A stretch of DNA of 16,441 nucleotides from Candidatus Rokuibacteriota bacterium. Lineage in GTDB: Bacteria; Methylomirabilota; Methylomirabilia; Rokubacteriales; CSP1-6. Every line of letters starts with the position of its first letter. Position 1 is the first letter of the stretch. A program made the position numbers and the translations under genes. Of the stretch, positions 6,950-13,452 are shown one piece after another. The notes below the pieces were generated by a model. The model was given only the letters and a program-made list of their open reading frames with translations, searched no databases and was not told where the DNA came from. Location: assembly GCA_016184305.1 (NCBI GenBank), contig JACPCX010000129.1, positions 1 to 16,441 on the forward strand. The letters run 5' to 3'.

Positions 6950-7552
6950 CTAGGCAGACTCGATCGCCTTCCGGTAGGTCGGCAGGTCCGTGAGCCCCGT
7001 GAGCCGCTGGCCGCCCTCGACGATGACCGTGGGGATGGCGCGCACCCGGTCACGGGTGAGCGCCTCCTCGTAGTCCGCGAGCACGGCCTCGCGCGCCGAG
7101 CCGCTCTCGAGGTCGGCGAGGAAGCGCGGCATGTCCGCCCCGGACTCCTGGATCACCGCGACCAGCTCCTTGGGCTGGGCGATGTTCACGCTGCGGGTGA
7201 AGAAGGCCTCGTAGAGGCGCAGGTGCAGCCGCTCGAACGCCTCGGGCCCCTGGAGCGCGACGCACTTGGCGGCCTCGAGCGCCGGCAGGGACCAGTTGGG
7301 GTAATCGTCCCGCGGCCACGGGGTGAAGCGGATCCCGTCGTCCTGCGCCATCGCATCGCAGCGGCGCCACCCCTCCTCCCGGGAGGTGCCCTTGAAGCTC
7401 ACCGTCGGGTCTGGCTCCGGACGGAGCGGGAAAGCCTTCCACTGGATGACCAGGCCGTCGCCCATCTCATCCTTGAGCCGCCGGAGGCGAACCGCCGCCG
7501 GATAGCACCAGGGTCAGAGGTAGTCGGCGTACTCCACGATGTGCACGGGCAT
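6950..7552 (-). CDS. DsbA/FrnE-family thioredoxin-fold oxidoreductase, predicted selenoprotein (UxxC, Sec at codon 13; 200 aa)
   Basis: AGGAGG SD and ATG 7552 give MPVHIVEYADYL-TGA-PWCYPAAVRLRRLKDE, in frame with the 171-aa ORF MGDGLVIQWKAFPLRP... The TGA (7514-7516) occupies the first Cys of the FrnE/DsbA 'D..CPWCY' motif. The cis-Pro loop AIPT is present at the C-terminus and a SECIS-like hairpin lies downstream of the TGA. Confidence 0.88.
7481..7501 (-). promoter_or_regulatory. Candidate bacterial SECIS element
   Basis: The mRNA after UGA reads 12 nt, then CCGG-C-GGCG-GUU-CGCC-U-CCGG: two 4-bp GC stems, a C/U mismatch and a small G-first apical loop 21 nt from the UGA. This fits the general bacterial SECIS layout. 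Confidence 0.7.
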
Positions 7553-7561
7553 GGTGAGGGT

Positions 7562-7584
7562 CCTCCTGTGCGGATTCTACCGCA
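7562..7584 (-). promoter_or_regulatory. -10 element (TAGAAT) and SD (AGGAGG) of the selenoprotein-polB unit, with a TGCGG-N6-CCGCA palindrome around the -10
   Basis: Plus attcta 7574-7579 is TAGAAT on the minus strand. Plus cctcct 7562-7567 is AGGAGG. Flanking inverted repeat at 7569-7573 and 7580-7584. No good -35. Confidence 0.55.
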
Positions 7585-7633
7585 AACGACAGCACTGGTA
7601 CGCGCGGGCTCCGTTCCGGTATGCTGTCGCCCG

Positions 7634-7702
7634 ATGAGCGCCGGAGGCGCGAAGAGGCCCAACCGCAAGGTGAAGTCATCCACGTTCAGGCGTGATCAAT
7701 GA
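7634..7702 (+). CDS. Candidate leaderless 22-aa basic uORF coupled (ATGA overlap) to the hydrolase gene
   Basis: TATGCT -10 at 7620-7625, 8 nt before ATG 7634. Translation MSAGGAKRPNRKVKSSTFRRDQ*. Its TGA (7700-7702) overlaps the hydrolase ATG (7699-7701). Confidence 0.35.
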   Translation: MSAGGAKRPNRKVKSSTFRRDQ

Positions 7703-8538
7703 CGACGCGCGCTCTCGCTCTGGTGATCGTGGCCGCGCTCCTGGGCGGGTGCGCGGGGCGCCTGACCTTCCAGAGCGTGACGCCCGGCGCTCCGGAGGAG
7801 ATCACGGCAACCCTGACCAGGCCGCCGGGCCGGGGACCGTTCCCCGCCGTCGTGCTGCTGCACGGCTGCGGCGGCGTCTCGCCGCAGCTGACGCGCTGGG
7901 CCCGGTGGCTCGCCGACCGCGGCCACGCCGCGCTCGTGGTGGACAGCTTTGGCCCGCGGAAGGTGGCGGGCGACTGCTTGCCCGACAGCCCCGACGACAT
8001 TCCCGTCACCGCGCGCTTCGACGATGCCATGGGCGCCCTTCGCTGGCTGCAGTCGCAGCCGTTCATCCGGCCGGACCGCGTCGCTGCCATGGGGTTCTCG
8101 CAGGGGGGCGTCTACGCCATCTCGGTGATCAACGGGCCGAGCCTCGAGCGGGCGCAGCGGCGCGGCGTGAAGCTTCCGGAGCCCGGCTTCGCGGCGGCCG
8201 TGGGCGTCTATCCCGGCGGGTGCTTCTCGCTGGTGAAGCAGCTCGTGGTGCGTCCGCTCCTCGTGCTGATCGGCGAGGCCGATGACTGGACACCGGCCGC
8301 CATCTGCAAGGAGATGACGGACAGCATGCGGGCGCGGGGGGCCGAGGCCTCCATCGTGATCTACCCCGGCGCCTACCACTACTTCGACGTGGAGGGGCAG
8401 CGCCTCGAGGTGCTGCCCCACGTCGACAACGACTACAGGCCCGGCGGCCGCGGCGCCACCGTCTCGTATCAGGCCGAGGCCGCGGCCGGCGCGTTCCGCG
8501 AGGTCGAGTCCTTCCTCGGGGCGCACCTCGCGCGGTGA
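7699..8538 (+). CDS. Dienelactone hydrolase-family alpha/beta hydrolase, predicted lipoprotein
   Basis: Signal peptide with lipobox LLGG-C, GPFPAVVLLHGCGG, VVDSFGPR, nucleophile elbow GFSQGG (Ser), IGEADDWTP (Asp), YPGAYHYFD (His). Confidence 0.92.
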   Translation: MTTRALALVIVAALLGGCAGRLTFQSVTPGAPEEITATLTRPPGRGPFPAVVLLHGCGGVSPQLTRWARWLADRGHAALVVDSFGPRKVAGDCLPDSPDDIPVTARFDDAMGALRWLQSQPFIRPDRVAAMGFSQGGVYAISVINGPSLERAQRRGVKLPEPGFAAAVGVYPGGCFSLVKQLVVRPLLVLIGEADDWTPAAICKEMTDSMRARGAEASIVIYPGAYHYFDVEGQRLEVLPHVDNDYRPGGRGATVSYQAEAAAGAFREVESFLGAHLAR

Positions 8539-8541
8539 GCG

Positions 8542-8571
8542 TTGCGCCCTTCGACGGCTCCGTGGTAGGGT
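8542..8571 (+). promoter_or_regulatory. Putative sigma70 promoter for the cyclo-ligase-like gene and downstream genes
   Basis: TTGCGC (8542-8547), 18-nt spacer, extended -10 TG-G-TAGGGT (8563-8571). GAGGGA SD before ATG 8595. Confidence 0.45.
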
Positions 8572-8594
8572 GACGGCTCGCATGAGGGACGGGG

Positions 8595-9326
8595 ATGAAT
8601 GAGCCGCTGTCCAAGCAAGAGCTCCGCGAGCGTGTCTGGCGCGCGCTCGAGATCCACGGAGGCGCGCGCTTTCCCGGAGCGAAGGGTCGCATCCCCGACT
8701 TCACGGGCGCCGAGCGGGCAGCGCTGCATCTGCGGGATCTTCCCGAGTGGAAGCGCGCCCGCGTGGTGAAGATCGATCCCGACGCCCCGCAGCTGTCCGT
8801 GCGCCGCATGGCGCTTCGCGAGGGAAAGGTCGTGTACATGGCAGTGCCGCGGCTGCGGGCGTCGGCCTGCTTCATCGAGCTCGATCCCGCACGGCTGGGC
8901 GCGAACAGCCGACGGGCGGCGGGCATCAAGGGGGCGGCGGCTCTCGGCCGCGCCGTGACGTCTGCCGCCGTCCGGCCCATCGATTTGATCGTCTGCGGCT
9001 CGGTGGCCGTCAACGGCCGCGGCGCGCGCGTGGGCAAGGGGGGCGGTGACTCCGACCTGGAGTACGGGCTCTTGCGCGAGCACGGCCTGGTGACCGCGCG
9101 AACCCCCGTGGTCACCACGGTGCATCCGCTCCAGCTCGTGCCGCACGAGATCGAGATGCGGCCGCACGACATCGTGCTCGACTGGATCGCGACCCCCGAG
9201 GGCCTGCTGCACTGCGGGGGCGGCCTCACGCGTCCGCGCGGCCTCTACTGGGAGTATCTGGATGCCTCGAAGACAGCCGCGGTGCCGGCGCTGGCAGCAA
9301 TCCAGTCCGCGTCTCACCGCTCCTGA
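8595..9326 (+). CDS. 5-formyltetrahydrofolate cyclo-ligase family protein, archaeal/MTHFSD-like paralog type
   Basis: KQELRERVW, ARFP...GRIPDFTGAERAA, KIDPDAPQ, YMAVPRLR, DLIVCGSVAV...GARVGKGGGDSDLEYG, VVTTVHPLQ, HDIVLDWIATP. Confidence 0.88.
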   Translation: MNEPLSKQELRERVWRALEIHGGARFPGAKGRIPDFTGAERAALHLRDLPEWKRARVVKIDPDAPQLSVRRMALREGKVVYMAVPRLRASACFIELDPARLGANSRRAAGIKGAAALGRAVTSAAVRPIDLIVCGSVAVNGRGARVGKGGGDSDLEYGLLREHGLVTARTPVVTTVHPLQLVPHEIEMRPHDIVLDWIATPEGLLHCGGGLTRPRGLYWEYLDASKTAAVPALAAIQSASHRS

Positions 9327-9336
9327 GAGGAGCCTC

Positions 9337-10128
9337 ATGGATCTCGGACTCAAGGGCAAGACGGCGTTCGTGGCGGCGGCAAGCAAGGGGATGGGTCGCG
9401 CCTGCGCGCTGGGGCTGGCCGCCGAGGGCGCGCGCGTCGCCCTGTGCGCCCGCAGCGAGGGCCCGCTCCGCGAGGCTGCGGAGGACGTGCGGAAGCGCAC
9501 CGGGGCCGAGGTGCTTGCCGTTCCGGCCGACCTGAGCCGGATGGAGGACGTGGCGCGCGTCATGGCCCGGACGGCCGAGGCCTTCGGGGGCGTGGACGTG
9601 CTGGTCGCCAATGTCGGCGGGCCGCCACCCGGCGGCTTCGACCAGATGACGGACGAGCAGTGGAAGCAGGCCTTCGAGGAGGTCCACCTGTCCACGGTGC
9701 GCCTCATCCGCGCGGTGCTGCCCCACATGCGCCAGCGGAAGTGGGGTCGAATCCTCGCCATTCAGTCCTCCTCGGTGAAGCAGCCAGTGGACGGGCTCGT
9801 CCTCTCCAACGGCATCCGGCCCGGGGTGGCGGGGCTCTTCAAGACGCTGGCCACGGAGGTGGCGAAGGACAACATCACGGTGAACCTGGTGCTGCCGGGG
9901 CGGATCATGACCGATCGATTCATCCACCACCAGACCGAGCGGGCGCAGACGGCCGGTCGGAGCCTCGAGGCGCAGATCGCGCTGTCGGGCGCCGACATCC
10001 CGGTGGGGCGCGTCGGCACCCCGGAGGAGTTCGCGAACATGGTTGTGTTTCTCGCCTCCGAGCGGGCCTCGTACGTCACCGGCGCCGCCATCCAGGTCGA
10101 TGGAGGCCTCATCAAGAGCGTGGTGTAG
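9337..10128 (+). CDS. Short-chain dehydrogenase/reductase, atypical BKR-like subgroup (263 aa)
   Basis: GAGGAG SD before ATG 9337. MDLGLKGKTAFVAAASKGMG, DVLVANVGGPP, LVLSNGIR in place of YxxxK, IPVGRVGTPEEFA, SYVTGAAIQVDGG. Confidence 0.93.
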   Translation: MDLGLKGKTAFVAAASKGMGRACALGLAAEGARVALCARSEGPLREAAEDVRKRTGAEVLAVPADLSRMEDVARVMARTAEAFGGVDVLVANVGGPPPGGFDQMTDEQWKQAFEEVHLSTVRLIRAVLPHMRQRKWGRILAIQSSSVKQPVDGLVLSNGIRPGVAGLFKTLATEVAKDNITVNLVLPGRIMTDRFIHHQTERAQTAGRSLEAQIALSGADIPVGRVGTPEEFANMVVFLASERASYVTGAAIQVDGGLIKSVV

Positions 10129-10161
10129 GCTGCGGCCTCCGCGGGGCCCGGGCGCTCGCCG

Positions 10162-10971
10162 GTGATCGTCGCTTTCTGGAAGGCACTCAGGGGGTTCGGC
10201 GCCCACCGCGGCCTCTTCATGGCCGCGGGGCTCTCCTTCTATCTGCTCATGTGCCTCATCCCCATGCTGTTCCTCGCGGTCTCCGTCCTCGGCTTCGTCC
10301 TGACCAGCGAGACGGCGACCCAGGCCGTCCTCGGCCAGATCTCCCAGGTCATCCCGGTCTACAAGAAGGAGCTGAGCGACGTCCTGACCCGCCTCATCGC
10401 CACGCGCAAGCTCTCGGGGCTGCTCGGCACCGGGATCCTGCTGCTCTTCTCGACCCAGCTCTTCGGGGCGCTGCGGCTCGTGATGAACGACATCTTCGGC
10501 GTCAAGCGCGGGCGGGGCTTTCTCCGCGGCATGCTCTCCGACGTCATCATGCTCTCCGTGATGGGGACGCTCTTCCTGGCGAGCGTCGGCATCATGGACC
10601 TGTTCTTCTGGCTGCGGACCTTCGTGCTGACGCCATCGCTGATGCCGCGCCAGTGGATCCGCTGGATGTTCGTCGGGCTGTCGCTGGGGCTCAACGCGGG
10701 GCTGTTCTTCGTTGCCTACCGCTACTTCCCGGGCCGGAAGATCCTCGCCGGGGCGGCCCTCGGGGGCGCGCTCCTGGGGGCCGTGCTCTGGGAGATCGCC
10801 AAGCAGCTCTTCCGCTGGTACATCATCACAGTCGGGGTCTACGATCAGATCTACGGACCACTGGGCGTGCTGGTGGCGCTGGCGATGTTCGCTTACTACA
10901 CGGGGATCGTCCTCATCCTGGGCGCGGAGTATGGCGCCGCGCTCGAGGCCTGGCGCCGCTCCCGCCGGTAG
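10162..10971 (+). CDS. YihY / virulence factor BrkB family inner-membrane protein
   Basis: MAAGLSFYLLMCLIP, 'LRLVMNDIF', AYRYFP, LWEIAKQLFRWY, YDQIYGPLG...ILGAE; about six TM segments. Confidence 0.92.
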   Translation: MIVAFWKALRGFGAHRGLFMAAGLSFYLLMCLIPMLFLAVSVLGFVLTSETATQAVLGQISQVIPVYKKELSDVLTRLIATRKLSGLLGTGILLLFSTQLFGALRLVMNDIFGVKRGRGFLRGMLSDVIMLSVMGTLFLASVGIMDLFFWLRTFVLTPSLMPRQWIRWMFVGLSLGLNAGLFFVAYRYFPGRKILAGAALGGALLGAVLWEIAKQLFRWYIITVGVYDQIYGPLGVLVALAMFAYYTGIVLILGAEYGAALEAWRRSRR

Positions 10972-11029
10972 GGCGGCCTGGGTCGATTGCTTCAGGCGGC
11001 ACGCGGCGGCTCACGCGCCGTCGCGGATA

Positions 11030-11038
11030 TGTTAGGGT
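11030..11038 (+). promoter_or_regulatory. Extended -10 element upstream of the CoA-transferase (near-leaderless)
   Basis: TG-T-TAGGGT at 11030-11038, 9 nt before ATG 11048, with no SD between. Confidence 0.45.
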
Positions 11039-11047
11039 GATCCGGCC

Positions 11048-12247
11048 ATGGACACGCCATCTCCACCGCCGCTCGAGGGCCTGCGGGTCCTGGAGCTGGC
11101 CCATCTGATCGCGGGGCCCATCTGCGGCATGTACCTTGCCGACATGGGCGCCGACGTCGTCAAGGTCGAGTCCCGTGACGCGCCGGACGCGGGCCGGACA
11201 GTGTACCGGGCCTTCCGGGGGGGGGAGGGCGTGCTCCATCTGACGGTGAACCGCAACAAGCGCGCGGTGTGCGTGGATCTGCGCCAGGCGCAGGGGCTCG
11301 CGGTGTTCCATCGCCTCGCCGAGCGGGCCGACGTGATTGTCGAAGCGTTCCGGGGCGGCGCGGCGGAGCGGCTCGGCATCGCTTACGCATCGCTCCGGGC
11401 GGCCAATCCCCGACTCATCTATTGCTCCCTCTCGGCCTTCGGCCCAGGCGGCCCGTGGCACGACAAGCCCGGCCTCGACGCGCTGGCGCAGGCGCTGGGC
11501 GGAGTCATGGCGATCACCGGTGAGCCGGACGGCGGCCCGGTGCTGTGCGGCGCGCCGGTGGCGGACACGATCGGAGGGCTGCTCGCCACCCAGGGCATCC
11601 TCACCGCATTGCTGGCCCGCCAGCGCTCCGGACAAGGGCAGCGGGTGGACGTCTCGCTGCTGGACGGCATGCTGCTCGCCCACACCGCCAGGCTCTCCGT
11701 CTTCCACGAGACCGGGGAGGAGCCCGGGCGCCGGGGCAGCGGCCATCCGGAGATAGTCCCGTACCAGGCCTTCCGCGCCCAAGATGACTGGTTCTTCGTG
11801 GCGGTCTGGAAGGACGCGACCTGGCGCCCGTTCTGCGAGATCATCGGGCGCCCCGGCCTGGCGGACGACCCGCGGTTCCGCACTCGCGAGGCCCGTGTGG
11901 CCAATCGCGCCGCGCTCGTGCCGGTGCTGGTCGAGGTGTTCGTGGACAGGAACGTTGCCGAGTGGATGGAGGCCCTCGAGCGCGCGGATGTGCTCTGCGC
12001 GCCGGTGGCCGGGTACGCGCAGATGATCGCCCATCCCCAGGTGGTCGCCTCGGGGATGATCGTCGAGCAGGACCATCCGCGCGCGGGGCGCTTCAAGACC
12101 ATTGCCACGCCGGTGAGATTCGAGAAGACCCCGGGGACGATCCGCACGCCTGCCCCGGCCCTGGGCGAGCACACGCGCGAAGTGCTGAGGGAGATCGGAT
12201 ACGCCGAGGGGGAGATCGAGGCTCTCGGCGCCCGCGGAATACTCTAA
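11048..12247 (+). CDS. Family III (CaiB/BaiF/Frc) CoA-transferase
   Basis: PLEGLRVLELAHLIAGP, LADMGADVVKVE, NRNKR, ADVIVEAFRGG, NPRLIYCSLSAFG, catalytic Asp in VADTIGG, PALGEHT. Confidence 0.96.
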   Translation: MDTPSPPPLEGLRVLELAHLIAGPICGMYLADMGADVVKVESRDAPDAGRTVYRAFRGGEGVLHLTVNRNKRAVCVDLRQAQGLAVFHRLAERADVIVEAFRGGAAERLGIAYASLRAANPRLIYCSLSAFGPGGPWHDKPGLDALAQALGGVMAITGEPDGGPVLCGAPVADTIGGLLATQGILTALLARQRSGQGQRVDVSLLDGMLLAHTARLSVFHETGEEPGRRGSGHPEIVPYQAFRAQDDWFFVAVWKDATWRPFCEIIGRPGLADDPRFRTREARVANRAALVPVLVEVFVDRNVAEWMEALERADVLCAPVAGYAQMIAHPQVVASGMIVEQDHPRAGRFKTIATPVRFEKTPGTIRTPAPALGEHTREVLREIGYAEGEIEALGARGIL

Positions 12248-12284
12248 TCCAGAGGCCCGAAGTCACTCCGAGGAGACAGAACAC

Positions 12285-13196
12285 ATGATGCTACAGGACA
12301 AGGTCGCCGTCGTGACTGGCGCGGCCCGCGGCATCGGCCGGGAGATCGCCCTTCTGATGGCCCGCCACGGCGCGGCGGTGGTGGTGAACGACTACGGCGG
12401 GGGCGCCGACGGCACGGGCGGCAGCTCGGCCCCGGCCGACGAGGTCGTGAGCCAGATCAAGGCTCTCGGGGGCCGGGCCGCGGGCAACTCCGACTCGGTG
12501 ACCACCATGGCGGGCGGGCGGAACATCGTCAAGACGGCGCTGGATCACTTCGGCCGCGTGGACATCGTGGTGAACAACGCCGGCATCCTCCGCGACCGCA
12601 TGATCTTCAACATGACGGAGGAGGAGTGGGACGGTGTCATCAACACGCACCTCAAGGGGTGCTTCGCGGTGACCCGCGCGGCGGTCCCCCACCTGCGCGA
12701 GCAGAAGTGGGGGCGCATCGTCAACATGACCTCCACCTCGGGGCTCGTGGGGAACGTGGGTCAGGCCAACTACGCCGCCGCCAAGCTCGGCATCGTGGGC
12801 TTCACCAAGGTGGTGGCGCTGGACATGGCGCGCTACAACGTCACCGCCAACTGCATCTCGCCCTTCGCGTGGACGCGGATGATCGGCACCATCCCCACCG
12901 AGACGGAGGCGCAGAAGGCGCGGGTGGAGAAGATCAAGAAGATGGGCCCGGAGCACATCGCTCCCGTGGCCGTGTTCCTCGCCTCGGACGCTGCCAAGGA
13001 GGTCTCGGGGCAGGTGTTCGGCGTGCGCGGCAAGGAGGTCATGCTCTTCGGCCACATGCGCCCCATGCGGAGCGTCCACCACGACCTGGGCTGGACGCCC
13101 GAGCGGCTGGCCGACATGTTCCCGGGCACGCTCAAGCACCACCTGGTGCCGCTGGAGACGTCCGCCCAGTACTTCAACTACGACCCGCTCGTCTGA
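12285..13196 (+). CDS. SDR, hydroxyacyl-CoA dehydrogenase (MFE-2/HSD17B4 N-terminal)-like
   Basis: TGAARGIG, VVVNDYGG, NNAGILRDRMIFNM, GNVGQANYAAAK (YxxxK). GAGGAG SD; start at 12285 or 12288. Confidence 0.95.
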   Translation: MMLQDKVAVVTGAARGIGREIALLMARHGAAVVVNDYGGGADGTGGSSAPADEVVSQIKALGGRAAGNSDSVTTMAGGRNIVKTALDHFGRVDIVVNNAGILRDRMIFNMTEEEWDGVINTHLKGCFAVTRAAVPHLREQKWGRIVNMTSTSGLVGNVGQANYAAAKLGIVGFTKVVALDMARYNVTANCISPFAWTRMIGTIPTETEAQKARVEKIKKMGPEHIAPVAVFLASDAAKEVSGQVFGVRGKEVMLFGHMRPMRSVHHDLGWTPERLADMFPGTLKHHLVPLETSAQYFNYDPLV

Positions 13197-13232
13197 GCAT
13201 GGACAGGGCGCCGGCTCAGGCCTGACGCGGGC

Positions 13233-13448
13233 ATGGAGACCCCCTACTACCTGCGGCAGAAGGCCATCGCCGATCCCGCCGGGGCCGCGCGGATCCTCGG
13301 TGACCCTCTCGCGAAGCGGAAGTTCGTCCTGGCGAACGTCCCGCAGCTCGCGAACACGTGCTGGGTCTTCAACACGGACAATGGCCGGCGCTTCGAGGAG
13401 CAGATCGAGGGCGGCGCGGGAGCGTCCCCGCCGGCCTCCGGGACGTAG
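13233..13448 (+). CDS. Small hypothetical protein (71 aa)
   Basis: Fills the gap between the SDR and phoD on the same strand, with GC3-rich codons and a protein-like composition (METPYYLRQKAIADP...CWVFNTDNGRRFEEQIE). It ends 4 nt before the phoD ATG. No SD or family is recognised. Confidence 0.6.
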   Translation: METPYYLRQKAIADPAGAARILGDPLAKRKFVLANVPQLANTCWVFNTDNGRRFEEQIEGGAGASPPASGT

Positions 13449-13452
13449 CCCG

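Noticed and set aside
6950..7465. ORF-track 171-aa protein starting MGDGLV as the complete gene
   Set aside because: It lacks the thioredoxin active site. The SD, ATG and U/CxxC motif lie 29 codons upstream in the same frame across a TGA.
8582..8602. 6-codon mini-ORF MRDGDE* overlapping the cyclo-ligase start
   Set aside because: Too short to support; its sequence is explained by the SD (GAGGGA) of the downstream gene.
13194..13448. The 71-aa ORF is in frame with the SDR's TGA stop, suggesting possible Sec read-through fusion
   Set aside because: The SDR ends naturally (YFNYDPLV), the TGA is not in a Cys-type motif, the linker (AWTGRRLRPDAG) has poor codon usage, and no convincing SECIS-like hairpin was seen.
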